DNA of 62,887 nt, filler included, from Rhabdomonas costata (GCA_019059605.1; 49 parts of 49 records of this genome joined end to end with filler, not necessarily neighbours in it), one strand, 5' to 3'; counted from the whole stretch's first letter, positions 37,509-50,702 are shown. Notes: a model not told the origin generated them from the letters alone. Numbers and translations are program-made.

Positions 37509-39411
37509 AGAGGAGTTTGAGAAACGACCGAGAGGGTGTGACGGAGTATCAGGTTGCGACCGAGAGTCGTCGACCCTCGGCCGGGCCCTCGGCGAAAGCG
37601 AGGCCAACCCGGTGGAAAGAAAGTCTCCTCACCTAGGTGAGTTGACAGCGCTCACAAAGCGAAAGCGAAAGCTTTGTCGGGATGGACCACGGAGGCGAGC
37701 GGATCAAGTGGGCTACGCGGGGAAGTCGCAATAGCCACGTAATTGGTCCGAGCCCGCCGTGCCGTCTGACAGATGGTAGCAGAGGAAAAGTTAAGGAGCC
37801 TGTGCGGAAGGAGCGTTACTCTGAGAAGAGGTACCACGTACCACTTCGTGACACGTGGTAGCAGGGGTTTGTTTCCTTCACCAGTGCGTGGGAACGCAGC
37901 AAAGTAGCACTTTGTGACAGTTGGCAACAGAGGTTTCATTTGGAAGTGTGGACAGTTTGGTTTGTTGTGACACGTGGTCAAAGGGAAAGTTTGAATTTGT
38001 TTGCTTGAGAAAAGAATGACCGAGCCGGGACCGAGCCAGCCCCACAGAGGTGGCGCCTGTCCAGTCCAAGAGATGGCAACGGTCCTGCCTGTTATACCGG
38101 TGAGTCAAGCGCGCCAGTTCAGCCAGAGGGAAGTGTTGCTGCAACGTGCGCGCGGCTTCCAATTTTCGCGCAATGGACGTGTTTAGGCCGATTGGCTTGC
38201 AATCCGTTTCCAACCGGCGCTGCCGATCAGGTGCTTTGATGATCATCACGGCTTTGCCTAGCGCAACCGTTTCGGGATAAACAACTTGGATATTTTTGAA
38301 AATCACGACAACCGAATTGAACTTCGTCCCATGGCCCTTCATACTCCAGTGCTACGTCTCCCACCCCAAAAACGCTTCTATTTTAATCCATGCAACGATG
38401 CATCTCAATTTCCTATACTAGAATCCAATGGAACACGTTCATCACCTCCTTACAACACCCCCCCNNNNNNNNNNNNNNNNNNNNNNNNNNNNNNNNNNNN
38501 NNNNNNNNTTAATTAATTAANNNNNNNNNNNNNNNNNNNNNNNNNNNNNNNNNNNNNNNNNNNNGTGTGGGTGGAGTTGAGGACGCTATCGACTGACGCC
38601 ATTTGTGACGGAGAATTCCGCTGGGCTACAAATTCCTTCGCATACTTTTCGTTTGCATCCAATGGCGTCAGTCGATAGCGTCCTCAACTCCACCGCCGCT
38701 CGAACACTGTACAGCTGCGGTGCAATTGATTGTGCGGATGTACACTCATTTTGTTGTGTGTGTGTGTTGTGTATCTGTGCTTTCACCTGAAAATATCACA
38801 GCATTAATGATTCCAGGTTGTCATTGTTCATCTTTACCGGAGTGCAAGCCGCCTCGATTGGGTGCACCTCCTTGTAGGTCCGCTTCCCTTCCCCTCGTCA
38901 AGCTTTCTGCATGTGGTGGACACTGCCCTGATGGGAGCCGAACGTTCTTTACTCCTCGACGTGCCACGAGCCGCCAGTTTGGAATTCTCTTGCGCACCTG
39001 CCGACTGTCGTTGGGCGGTAGATGCTCTAATTTATGGCTGGACAAGCAAAGTCACAACATGACCAGGCTGGGGTAGGGTCTTATGTAGTAGGTGTGTGGA
39101 AGGGGAGGGTACGAGCACACGTACTCCCCACCCCCACTCCACACGCAGACTGCCCTTTTCCAGAGCCGTTGCAAGGCGATTTATAGGTTCTGTTTCAGCC
39201 ACATCTCGCCTTTCAAGGATTCGCCTTACTTTTTTGGCAAAGATTTCTGGGGAAATGCGGGTATACTTCTTTGAATTTTGGTGATTTTCGGAATGTTGGA
39301 GCTGTTGGGGTTTGCTTCCACATTAAGAGTTCTCAGTGTTTGATTTTCCTTTTTTTTTTGGTTTCCTTTCGTTTTTTATCCTCTTCTTTTCCTGCCATTT
39401 TGGGTGCCACC

Positions 39412-39532
39412 ATGGAAGCCCTGGACGTCCTTTCCGAAGTCTTGGGGCGATCTCTGACCTCAGAGGAGGCTGAGGTTCTGCAGCACCTCAGCGCCGTTGG
39501 AATTGCCAAATTGAATACCGACCTGTGCCGAG
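39412..39532 (+). CDS. First exon of an unknown protein
   Basis: gccaccATG after a long pyrimidine tract; MEALDVLSEVLGRSLTSEEAEVL...CR|GT. Confidence 0.55.
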
Positions 39533-39851
39533 GTACGCTTTGACCACCCCAACGGCAACGTCCTTTCGCCCTTTGGAGAGGAAAGGGGGAACGTGGCCTT
39601 GCTAAGAAATACCTCTGTGATACGTTTTCTTCCGAAGCAGAGCGAAAGCCCCGGTAGTGCTCGGTGTGATGGTGTTGTGTTGGTGATGTTTGTTACCGAA
39701 CTCGGAAGCAATCCGAGCCCTCGTGCCCTCAAAGCTTTCCCAGTCCCTCCNNNNNNNNNNNNNNNNNNNNNNNNNNNNNNNNNNNNNNNNNNNNTTAATT
39801 AATTAANNNNNNNNNNNNNNNNNNNNNNNNNNNNNNNNNNNNNNNNNNNNG

Positions 39852-40871
39852 CTGCAGCACCAGCTGGGGCTGTCTGAGAAGGTCAAGCTGATCGAGGCCC
39901 TCAAGGAGGTGGAGATGCAAGAGCAGGTCTTCGAGACCTTTCTTTCTGCACCTACCCACATCCACATGCACGGGTTCGCAGGAACCTGCGTGGGTAGGTC
40001 TGCGTGCGGCGGAAAAAAAGCGAGGGCCGCAGGGCGCGCAAGGGCATGAGAGTGGGGACAGGTCCGGGGAAATGAGGGTGATCGTGGTGTCGGGTTGCAG
40101 AACCAGGGGCGAAAGCTGCTCGATTTAGGGCTGGAGGCTTTGAGCAGGTGCTCTGCTGGTGACTAAAGTTTGGAGAGTGATTGAGATCTCTGATTCTCCC
40201 TCCCCATGTCTGCGTTGAAACAACGCCCAGGGCCTCGTGGATCCGCACTTAACTTTCTGACCAGTCTCATAAGGCACCCCGCACTACCAGACACCTGCCT
40301 GAGCATGACATAAGGTGGGGCCATGGTCCATCAGGCTTATGTGATTTGCTAGGTAAGCTACACCGCAAACCCAGAACCCTTGCCTTTCACCCCTGGCCAC
40401 GCCGGAGCGAATTTGTCGGGCTTCTTGCCTGTCTCAATTGTTTTTGTTTTTTTTGTGCGGCTGTTCCATATAGACGACCCTTGACTTTAAATTTTCACTT
40501 TGAACTCTGTATACGCTTATGGAATCCCATCGGCATTTTGTAGCGTTCCCAGGACTTCAATTCGAAACGCATAAAATTCTAAACTTTGAGTATCGGGCTG
40601 CAACTTTCCTAATATCCTTCGGTCTTGCTCTTGTGCAATGATGCGAGGTACATTTTCTATGTTATCCACCCTTCCACCTCCCGTTTCCGGGTAACAGGAC
40701 ATCAGCTTTCTCTCGGAGCAGTACAAGGAGATCCTCAGCAAGGCCAAGGAGATTGAGAAGGAGTTTGAGATGCAGCCGCGGCGGCTGGAGTACCTCTACA
40801 GCCTGGTGAAGAACCTGTTCCTGGACAAGTACAAGTTCAAGGGCCAGAACGTTTCCCAAAAGCTGCAGAGG
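39852..40871 (+). CDS. BBS7: BBSome subunit BBS7, C-terminal part (exons 39852-39926 and 40698-~40871)
   Basis: KVKLIEALKEV..QE DISFL..QYKEIL...QPRRLEYLY..VKNLFLDKYKFKGQNV. Confidence 0.93.
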
Positions 40872-41136
40872 GCCAGGGCAAGCAAGGGGCACTGTAGTGA
40901 GTGGTGTGAAATTAGGTGATGTGGGTGGCGATAGACTTCAAAGACTTACAATCCTAACGACATCTCTCTCTTTGCCTGTGCGCCCTTCAACTGTAGCGGA
41001 GTTGGTGGTGTTCCTTCCAGTCCCACCACCCCCAAANNNNNNNNNNNNNNNNNNNNNNNNNNNNNNNNNNNNNNNNNNNNTTAATTAATTAANNNNNNNN
41101 NNNNNNNNNNNNNNNNNNNNNNNNNNNNNNNNNNNN

Positions 41137-42097
41137 AATCTCAACGAGGCCCTGCGGAGCTCCGAGAGGGCCATGGAGGCGATGAAGGCAGAGCGCGAGG
41201 TGCCCTTTCCCCTTACCTTCCACTTCCTTTGGACTTTTTTCTCTGATCATAGGTTTTGACCGTTAGCTTTCCGTTTCCGTTTGCGTGTTCGTTGCAGGGG
41301 TGCAGGGAACTGGGGGGAGGGTTGCGCCGAATGGCTCCTCTGAACTCGCACTTTTCAGCGGTTGGATTCTCACACTGCTTTTTGCGTTCCCTTTGGAACG
41401 AGGGGTTTTTACATCTGGGCTTGGTGTGGGATTTCTCTATATATCCATTTTTCCGTTTTGGCCCTGCAGCTTGAGCGGGAACGGCTACAGGGCCGGATCG
41501 CGCACCTCGAGGCGGAGCTGGGGGAGGAGCGCGGGCTGCGGAGTTCCACGAAGGCCCTTGAAGCGGAGAAACTTGCCGGGGAGGCGTGTGCGATATTTTT
41601 TTTTGCAGCGCTCAATGCGATGTGCAGTGGAGTGTGCCTTGGACTCAGTGAGGTCTTGGCCTTCGCCACGCATGGGACTTCCTCTTGTGCTTGCGTTGTA
41701 GGCCGCGCAATCGTCCACCGCAGCAAGCTTCAGTAGAAGGGTTGCGATGCCAGATCTCCACCACCAAGAAGATCACAAATTTTCTTGGTGGGGTGAGGTG
41801 GGGTGAGGTCATTCGTTATCACCCGAGTAACGAGATGTCTTTCATTGCGCTGCTAGACTTATACTTCATCTGTGTGGGTTGCTGGTCTTTGCGTTTTGGT
41901 GGTGCAGTGGGGGGCGGTGGCAGAGGTCTGCCGAGGAGCTGGCCCGCAGGCTGGCCGCCCTGCAGAGCGCGCTGCAGGCCGAGATCACGGCACGGAACCT
42001 TACAGAGGCCTCGCAGCGGGTGCTGGAGCAGGAACTGAGGGCCCGGATCGCCGAGGGGGAGGCCCTGAGCCTGCAGCTCAACATTTCCGAGACCAAG
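41137..42097 (+). CDS. Long coiled-coil protein, exons 41137-41199, 41470-41583 and ~41924-42097
   Basis: Heptad-rich exons; the second ends at GAG|GCGTGT (GC donor). Confidence 0.75.
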
Positions 42098-43434
42098 GTT
42101 TGTGGGGGTACGTTGTGGGTTTTCTTTTTGCTTCGCTGTGCACCACTAACCTTTTGGCCTTATTGCCAGCATGCCGTTGTCTTGCGCAGATCTCGTGTCT
42201 CTTGGGTGTTCGCATGTATTCAATTTTCGCATAAGTCTCTCGCACACGCGCACCGACAGAATTTCTTTGCTGTTACGTTTACCATTCAATTTAGCTGAAG
42301 GACCTCTACCGGCAACTGGACCACAAAAANNNNNNNNNNNNNNNNNNNNNNNNNNNNNNNNNNNNNNNNNNNNTTAATTAATTAANNNNNNNNNNNNNNN
42401 NNNNNNNNNNNNNNNNNNNNNNNNNNNNNTTTGGGTGGTGGTGGGTCACTATGCCCCCGTCCCTCCTCCGCCCGCCTTTGTGTTTCGGGGTGGGCCCATC
42501 TGTTCCTGCTCTCCACTCTCCCCGTCGGGCCTTCCCGCTTGCACTGGAACGCCGTCAAGCCCGCATCACCGTGTTTTCTCAACTGCTAGTCTTTCTATAT
42601 TCCTTTCCCACCTTTTTGGCCCATCATTCTTCTCTCTCTCTGTCTCTCTCTCTGTCTCTCTCAATCTCTCTCCCTACCTGAACCTGCAGCTTCGAACTGC
42701 CACGGCAACAATGCTGTACACAATCCTAATCGGTTGTGCAAGTACCAGAAAAGTTTGTGCGCTTCTGGTCTTCTCCCGGGTGGGCCGAGAAAAGAAAGTT
42801 TCCGAAGGAAACACATCATTATCAACAATGAAACAGTTGCCAGTCCGTCATCAGCAGATGCAGGGATTTTTGCGAGTTGTGATACTCCACACTAGATGCA
42901 AGACAACAAGGACCAATGTCCGATGTCCGAAGTCCACCATTTAGAACAGCATCACACTGCTCTCAAAACAGAAGAAAACCCAAAACCTGGGAGCCAAGCG
43001 TACAGGGGCATAGTGACGCACCACCACCGTGCAACTTGGATTCCCTGCTCCCAACAGGATTGCCGCAGGTCGGGACAACTGGTAACCAAAAAATTAGGGT
43101 CCTTCCAAAGCATGACACCTCGGAGCGCCTCTCGCTTGCACGCTGAGCGTTCGGTGGAGAGGCAGGCAGACAGCAAACCCACCAACCCCGGTGGGTGATG
43201 CCAACGGGGGTGATATGCCAAGAAGGCACATCTAGCCAGAAACCATGGAAAGGTAGGTGCTGCACATTGGTGACCAACCAATTGCCCATGCAGGCTGCCA
43301 GAAGTCGGACTGGCTAGTGACGGACCAGCAACTGATGGGCCGGCCTCCGCCCCAGCCAATTAAAACAGCCGGATTCACGTGGCACGGCATCCTTGAGCAC
43401 CCTTGTGGCTTTCCTACGGCCACGGAGTGATAGC

Positions 43435-43614
43435 CTCCCGCCCAAAGAGAGCCTCACAGCTCCTGAAGTGGGCCTCCGCCCGGTCCAAGCGGTCCTGGGC
43501 CCACGCCAGCCGGGACTCCTCCACCACCTCCACCGCGACCCGGGGCGAGAACCGCAGCAGGGTGCTCTGCAGGGTGGCCCGAGCGCTGCGCGGCCCCAGC
43601 TGCCGCTGCCCCAC
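43435..43614 (-). CDS. Exon of an unknown alpha-helical protein
   Basis: ARATLQSTLLRFSPRVAVEVVEESRLAWAQDRLDRAEAHF; probable GAG|GC donor. Confidence 0.5.
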
Positions 43615-44287
43615 CNNNNNNNNNNNNNNNNNNNNNNNNNNNNNNNNNNNNNNNNNNNNTTAATTAATTAANNNNNNNNNNNNNNNNNNNNNNNNNNNNN
43701 NNNNNNNNNNNNNNNTGCGCACACGCCCCCCCCCCCATCTGAAATCGCTCCCCGTCTGCCTCCCACCATTTCGCTGCTCCCTTGTCGTGCCAGGCCGCCA
43801 AAACGGTGGATCCAGTCGGTATTTAGTTGTATTGCGTTTAGTTTTGTTGGATCACTGACAATTGACGGCTGACGTACGATAAACCCTCCCCCGCTATTCA
43901 AAAGTGCGTAGCGGCTCCCCGCAATTCATGGCGATCGTCACTCAATCTCTCTCTCCCTTGCGATTCATAGAGAAGGTCAGGGCGTCGCAGGGGAGACAGG
44001 GATGCCGGTTTTGTCGTGCCGATTTCTTGGGCCGCTTTTCAGCCTAAATGCTGGGTGCGGGATACCGGGATTACGGGATACCGTTTCGCCCGTCACCGTT
44101 TTGCCCGGCAATTGCCGCACACCATTTTGCCCAAAGGCTACTCAAAGTACATTTCTACGCGTCGTGTCGAGGTTCACACGCCTGGAGTTTCCCGGATGGT
44201 GCTTGTGATCTCTCGCATGACAGCTTTTTTCTGTGCACGCTCTCCCGTCGAACCTCCCCTCTGAAGGAACCTGTCTTTCACTCGCAG

Positions 44288-44445
44288 GGTGTACGAGATT
44301 GGGCGGCAGTTCCGCAATGAGGGCATTGACATGACCCACAACCCAGAGTTCACGACATGTGAGTTCTACTGGGCCTACATGGATTACCACGACCTCATGA
44401 CGGTCACAGAGCAGATGCTTTCGGAGATGGTCAAGGAGATTGCCG
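44288..44445 (+). CDS. KARS: Lysyl-tRNA synthetase (class II) exon
   Basis: CAG|(R)[37 protein letters not shown]...MVKEI. Confidence 0.97.
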
Positions 44446-46486
44446 GTGATCCAGCCCGCCCCTCCCTCGCCTTCCAACCTTAGACTCGCCCAAAAAGCGG
44501 GATCAACGAACCGCACACAGGAAAACAAATATACGGCATTGCGAGCTGGGCCGAGGTGAACAGTATACCCAGTAGTATCTCAGTATCCCTTCTCGTGGCG
44601 GCAGATACTCCACCACCTGACTGTGAGAGGCTTTCCCGCTTCAGGGGTGGGAAGAGATAACTGATCCCAGGGTCAGATTTCCTTGATAATGGGGACCACC
44701 CGATTCCTTGAAGCCCCACCATTGTGAAATGAGCAATGAAGAGAAGAGGGCAGGGGGCAGAACCTGACTTCGCATGACGCCCTTCTCTGGTTATTCGATT
44801 TGCAGGGTTTGCTTTGCTGATGATTTGCGCACGCCTCGAGTAGAAACTCTGAAACCAACGTCCAAGTTTGGAAAATTGGGTGGGCGGTGAGCGCCTTCTC
44901 NNNNNNNNNNNNNNNNNNNNNNNNNNNNNNNNNNNNNNNNNNNNTTAATTAATTAANNNNNNNNNNNNNNNNNNNNNNNNNNNNNNNNNNNNNNNNNNNN
45001 TGATTTAATTGCTTGGAATTTACACCTGTGTGGCATAGAACGGAATATTAACTGGTGTCAACTACTTTACTAGTGTATAGTGATTAAAGTGTTGGCGGCA
45101 GCAAACTGCAGATGCAATAATGGAGGCAACTACGTGGATGGCAGTTAACGTTACGTTCAGCAGGTAATATCAGTTGAACGTCAGATTGCCATACATAAAG
45201 AGGTAGGAAGTTACCTTAATCTTGTGCCTCCAGACTGATTCACGAGAAGACATTGGGACAACTTGGCTGTCATATTAGCGTGAAAGTTTCATCCAAAAAA
45301 CGGTTGCCTCCAGTTGGTATCTGGCCAGTATGTAGTGACCAGCAGCACTCCTTTCAGTCAAACATTTGGCAAAAATCTGATTTTAAAATAGAACAGGAGT
45401 ATCTATTAAGATGATCGGGTTTGGTTCTCAGTTATAGATGAAGGCATTGTAGTATTCTGCCGCAAGTTTTTTAGAGTTAGCCAAAAATACCGGTTCAGAT
45501 GGTGATTGTGAAGTTTGGGAAAATATACAACTGAGGAACTATACTGAAGTTATGTGAGATTTAAATAACACCGTAGAACACAGCATCGCGCCATTGCTGC
45601 TGCTAAAACAAGGGTGATTTTACAAATCAAGCTTCATGTGCGCGCATTGGAGCTTATCTAGCATGTACATCATCTTCTTTCATCATCTTTCATCAGCTCC
45701 ATAATTGCCTTTTATTATTGACGTTTGTAAACAAACTAGCAAGTATTGCGGAAGCTTTCTTTCGGACCTGAATAAATAAATCCACACAGCAATTCAGCAA
45801 TTCTATGCAAAGTTGCCGAAACCTCTAATCAGCTTGATAGCCACATTCCACTGCTGGATCCTGCTGCAGTTCAGCTAAAAGGCACTTTGACGCGACAGAG
45901 TTTTCAACAGATCTCATACACTCAACAGCTCTGGTACATGGCTCGCCTTGTTGCCGCTCAACCAGAGACGGAGCATTTTTCATCACCAATGTTGTTGTTG
46001 CAATCAACCGCTAACAAACTTGTCGTGTAATTAATATTAACACACATTGTCTTCCAATCCATCTGTCACTTCACAATAACCAAGCCATGAGCTATCTCTT
46101 GTTCTGGAACTTCTGAGTAGTCATTAATCATGCATCCTGGATGAGAATTATCAACAACAGTCTCCGACGACAATCCAACACCACANNNNNNNNNNNNNNN
46201 NNNNNNNNNNNNNNNNNNNNNNNNNNNNNTTAATTAATTAANNNNNNNNNNNNNNNNNNNNNNNNNNNNNNNNNNNNNNNNNNNNGTGGGGGGGGGCCGG
46301 AAGGGACTCTAAATTAAAGGGGAAAGGTCTGGTCGCAGAGGCTGTTAGCTGGGCAGCACGGACCACAGCATCTGGTGGAGCCCCCAGAAAGTTGGGGGTG
46401 GCCCGCAGCCACTCAAGCCACTCCTTGTTTGGTCAAACAGAACCTCTCTCTCCCCTCTCACTTTCGAGAGTCGTACGGGAGCGGAC

Positions 46487-47468
46487 CTGCTGAGCGGGCT
46501 GTGGTGGGGGGTGCCGCAAAAGGGCCAGCAGCTTGGGCAGGAGGACAGCGGGCGGAGTGCCCGGGAACGCCCCCCAGCAGTGCGGGAACAGCCGCAGGAA
46601 CACTACCAGGGCGGGCCACAGGTGGGTGCACACCAGAGGGTCCCGCTCCGCCAGCCCGTGCAGCAGCTGCAGGAGCGTGGTCAGGGTTGGGGACAGGTTA
46701 GAGGGAAGGAAGCTCAGATACAGAAAGCTCAGGTGAGCATCGGCGTTGTGTCCTCATACCATTAATACACGCACTGTGCCCTCCCCCTTCTGACTCGGCA
46801 CCAATGTCGAGACCAAGACCCGCACACAACCTCGACTTCAGCGAAGAGCCCCAGGAATACCCTACCCGCTCCTCACTCGGGCCATCCCTCAAAGCCGAAC
46901 TGATCCGACCCTTCCCAAGAAGTCAGCAAAACCATGCTTCCAATTTCAAAAAACTCGACCCCCCACACACATGAGATTATGTACGGATTTTCATATTTTC
47001 CCGGCGAAGCAAGGGAAAGGTAGCTAGCCAACAACACAGTAAAATGCGCGGAATATCACCCAGAGTCGATGTGAAGGCGTTCCCTCACTCTAGAAATCGT
47101 CGCCGTCTAGAAGTCGTGGGCTTGGTATCCCTTGGAAACCCCTACCGCTGCTCGAGACGCCATGACACCGGTTTATGCGGTTAGCCAAAGCGACCTTTGT
47201 GACTTCACCTTTCTTTTGCGGGAATCGCATAGCGATAATTTCCCCGATCAGTTCTTCCGCATTCGGAATTCAGCTGCACCCCTCCCTTCCAAACGTTTTA
47301 CCAGGAACGTCGTCACGTTGCGCTGCAGCGAGGGCTCCTCCAGGGCCTCCCCGCAGTGCTGCGCCACCGCCAGCACCACCTCGCACGCGCTGGCACGCAC
47401 CACGGGGCACCGCACGCAGGTCGGTCCGCACAGCCCGGGCCACAGCTCGGGGGCCTTCCCCAACCACA
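46487..47468 (-). CDS. LTN1: E3 ligase listerin N-terminal region, exons ~47468-47302 and 46666-46487
   Basis: LW....VVRASACEVV... and LAERDPLVCTHLWPALVVFL...CW......LLPKLLALLR resemble the LTN1 N-terminal HEAT region. Confidence 0.7.
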
Positions 47469-50306
47469 NNNNNNNNNNNNNNNNNNNNNNNNNNNNNNNN
47501 NNNNNNNNNNNNTTAATTAATTAANNNNNNNNNNNNNNNNNNNNNNNNNNNNNNNNNNNNNNNNNNNNTTTTGGGCAATTGTTATTAATAGGGGATGCGG
47601 GAGCCGGGGCTGCGGCGTTAAATGTTTTTGCAGTGCTAAACGTTTCGCTTTGTGGATTTTTGGAATTGTGGTTGCTTTGGTTGACAACTGGTAGGGTGAA
47701 ACTAATGGGTATGGTGTCTTATGAGTGAAGACCGCGGTTTGGTGGAGCTAAACGTCCCCCCCCCCCATCTCCGCCCCTCGAAAAAAATAGATGAGATCCT
47801 GCCTGCTCTTTTGTGCGCTCCGCATTGTCCTTTTGCAGTTTTTTGGTTTGCCTTTAAACTCAGCAGTGATTCATCATGACTTGTAGGAAAGGAAAAGTCA
47901 ATAATTTGTTGGAAAACCGGGAACTGTCGCTAATAAAAGTATGTGAACAAATTGTTCCTGCAGTGGTCACCGCGCGGAGGAAAAAACCATGAGGTAGAAG
48001 CAGCTAGAAAAAGAGTAGGAAGGGGGATGTAGTTGTTGTGTTTTGTCTCTATTTTTTTTGAAGCAAGACACGAAATACATGAGCTGTACGTCGGTGGAAA
48101 CTCGGCAAAGGCGACCGGGGAAATGGAAGGCAGCAAAACAGTTAATTTGTGTGCATGAATTCGTAGGGATCATTCTCCTCGCAGGTGCTCCCCCAGGATT
48201 TCTGCGCTCCGGGGATGAGCTGCAGCGAGCTTGTAGTGAACGTCTAACCCACCACCGCCTTCCCAATTAAGTGTACACCATCTTGTGAAGTGGCTTTGGA
48301 CTTCAATAGATTTGGATGTGCTTCTCGATTAAACGACGTGATTTGTGTACCGTATAGAAACGCTTCGAGCACATTGCCCAAAAATACATTTCGAGATTTC
48401 TCAATCATCTTCCTATCTTTTCCGTGTGCCCTTTACTGCTGTGCACAGTTTCTTCTTTGTTTAGAGTTTGCCTGTGCACTGACTTTCTAGATCCTCCTCT
48501 TGCTCTGTCTCTTTGTTTGTTTGCTTTGCAATTCTGCATCCGTGTCGTATGCTGGCGTTTCCACACTGGGGCATTCATGCTTACCCCATCTTGTTAGATA
48601 ATTCCTGCACTGTACAGATGTCCTTTTCTTCTACTACTTTTTCTTCTACTTCCAGATGGTACAGTGGATGCTGTTTCTTTTTTCTCTCGGACTTTTTGAA
48701 CACAAGGAGGAAGTTCGGAATATCAGATTTACAGCAGCAGAGAGCTAAGCACAANNNNNNNNNNNNNNNNNNNNNNNNNNNNNNNNNNNNNNNNNNNNTT
48801 AATTAATTAANNNNNNNNNNNNNNNNNNNNNNNNNNNNNNNNNNNNNNNNNNNNGGGCAGTCGGGGTTGCCGTTGTTGGGCGATCTCTGGTGGAGGGGCA
48901 CACAGAGACATCAACGAGGATGCGCACGAGACGGAGACCCAGCTGTCTTTGGGGAGAGTGGGGGGCTAACAATTACCCGTGAAGACGGGAAAATGCGTCC
49001 ACCCTCGGAAGTGAAGACTTCGGCTGAAATCATTCTAGGGCTGTAAGTTGGCAAACACGTCGAACACGAACATGGTAGCTTCGGAGGCAGAGGCCAGCAA
49101 AAAGGTGCGGAAGTGGCTGCCTGGCTGAGGATGACTGTGAGCGGGTGCTGTAGCGGATCTGCCCAGTCGGGAAACCCATTGCCGATGGTAATAGTTAACT
49201 CCCGCCCCACCACACCACCACACGACACCCACGAGAAGAAAAGAGAAAGGGAAAATATTTGGGCTGGAGCCGAATCTTGTCAAGATGCGTCAGTGTCAAG
49301 GGATTGTTTTCGATGACGAGGAGTGGGCTATACACATAGTGGGATAGAGCCGAGTGCGAGGGTGGAGCAGAAAAGCTGTGCCGGTTGATACCAGTGTCCA
49401 TATTGCGGGTGCGAGTTTGGTTTGATTGTTTACTTCACAGAAAAACGGAGACCTAATCCCTCTCCGTGCTAACTAACGCGGCAAAAGCACTTCATGAAGA
49501 AGTACCGTATTAGCTTTGACGGTAGTGCTTTGGTCAAGTTGAAGCTATGCACAGCACAACACACGTGCCCAGAGGTGATGACAGTGACATTCCAGCTGAC
49601 GACTGCCCCTTTTCCACGACCGAAAGAATGCGAAAAGGTCGGACAGGAGAAAATGGGGAACCAGGACAGCAAAGTAGGAAATTAAGAGAGGGAGCCACGC
49701 CGTGGCCCACACCTTCAGGATGCCGATTCTCGCCCTTCGGCGCTGGGGGATTTTGGTGAGAAGCCTTCGGGGAACGGCTTATCCGCTGCTACAGCAGAAG
49801 CACAGGCACATCCGAACATCCCCCACCCCCAACAACAGGCTTGCATTTAATTTTCGCAAAGAAGGGCACGCCAACAATCACAGAGGTGGACCGTCAATCA
49901 CGGACAGAGGACAACATAAACAGAGGCAGAAGAAGTTTCTCCAAAAGGGCCGCAGCGCGGAGAGCGATGCCTTCATCTCAGCTGGTGTTGCAATACTGTC
50001 GTAGAGAGTCGTCCGGTTGTACCAATAAACAACACCCCCNNNNNNNNNNNNNNNNNNNNNNNNNNNNNNNNNNNNNNNNNNNNTTAATTAATTAANNNNN
50101 NNNNNNNNNNNNNNNNNNNNNNNNNNNNNNNNNNNNNNNGTTGGTGTGGGGAGCATTCACGTTCACCACCCGACTTCACGCGCAGCGTTTGGGCGGACCT
50201 GCTCAGCAAATAATGGCCGGGTAAGCCTGCCCGGTTTGAAGTACGAAAGGTCAGATATGAATATATGAAATCCGATGAAAAGATGAAAAGAGGAGTCAAT
50301 ATAGAC

Positions 50307-50702
50307 CTGCACCGCGCCCAGGATGCCATTCAAGCTGGTGTTCAGCTCATGGCTAAGCCGCGACAGCATCGTCACCATTGAGTGCCGGTCAGGAGGAGAC
50401 TCCACCTGTGAGCTTACGTACAGCGATACTTCTGGAGGGCGCAGGGTCTCCCTCCAGCACAGCCACCGCAACGCTCGCGCCTTCCGGGGACTATCCTGCT
50501 CCATACAAACCCGAAGCTGAAGAGCGCACAGCCAGCCCTGCGCCACCCCAAACACGACGCACAACACCGCCGCAACACTCATCCTCAGCCCCAGCGAAGG
50601 CGCGGATGGCGCCCCAGCCGAAACCAACAGCACGCAGCTCACGGCAAGCCCCAGCAGGAGGTGCAGCCCAAGCTGTACTGCAACCACGGGAAGCCCAAAC
50701 AT
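50307..50702 (-). CDS. Second membrane-anchored histidine kinase, first exon (2 TM + HisKA)
   Basis: MFGLPVV...two TM...LSRLSHELNTSLNGILGAVQ|GT. Confidence 0.82.

Noticed and set aside
44818-44853. Box C/D snoRNA (TGATGA...CTGA)
   Set aside because: Too short, with no recognisable guide; other TGATGA sites I checked lack a suitable D box.
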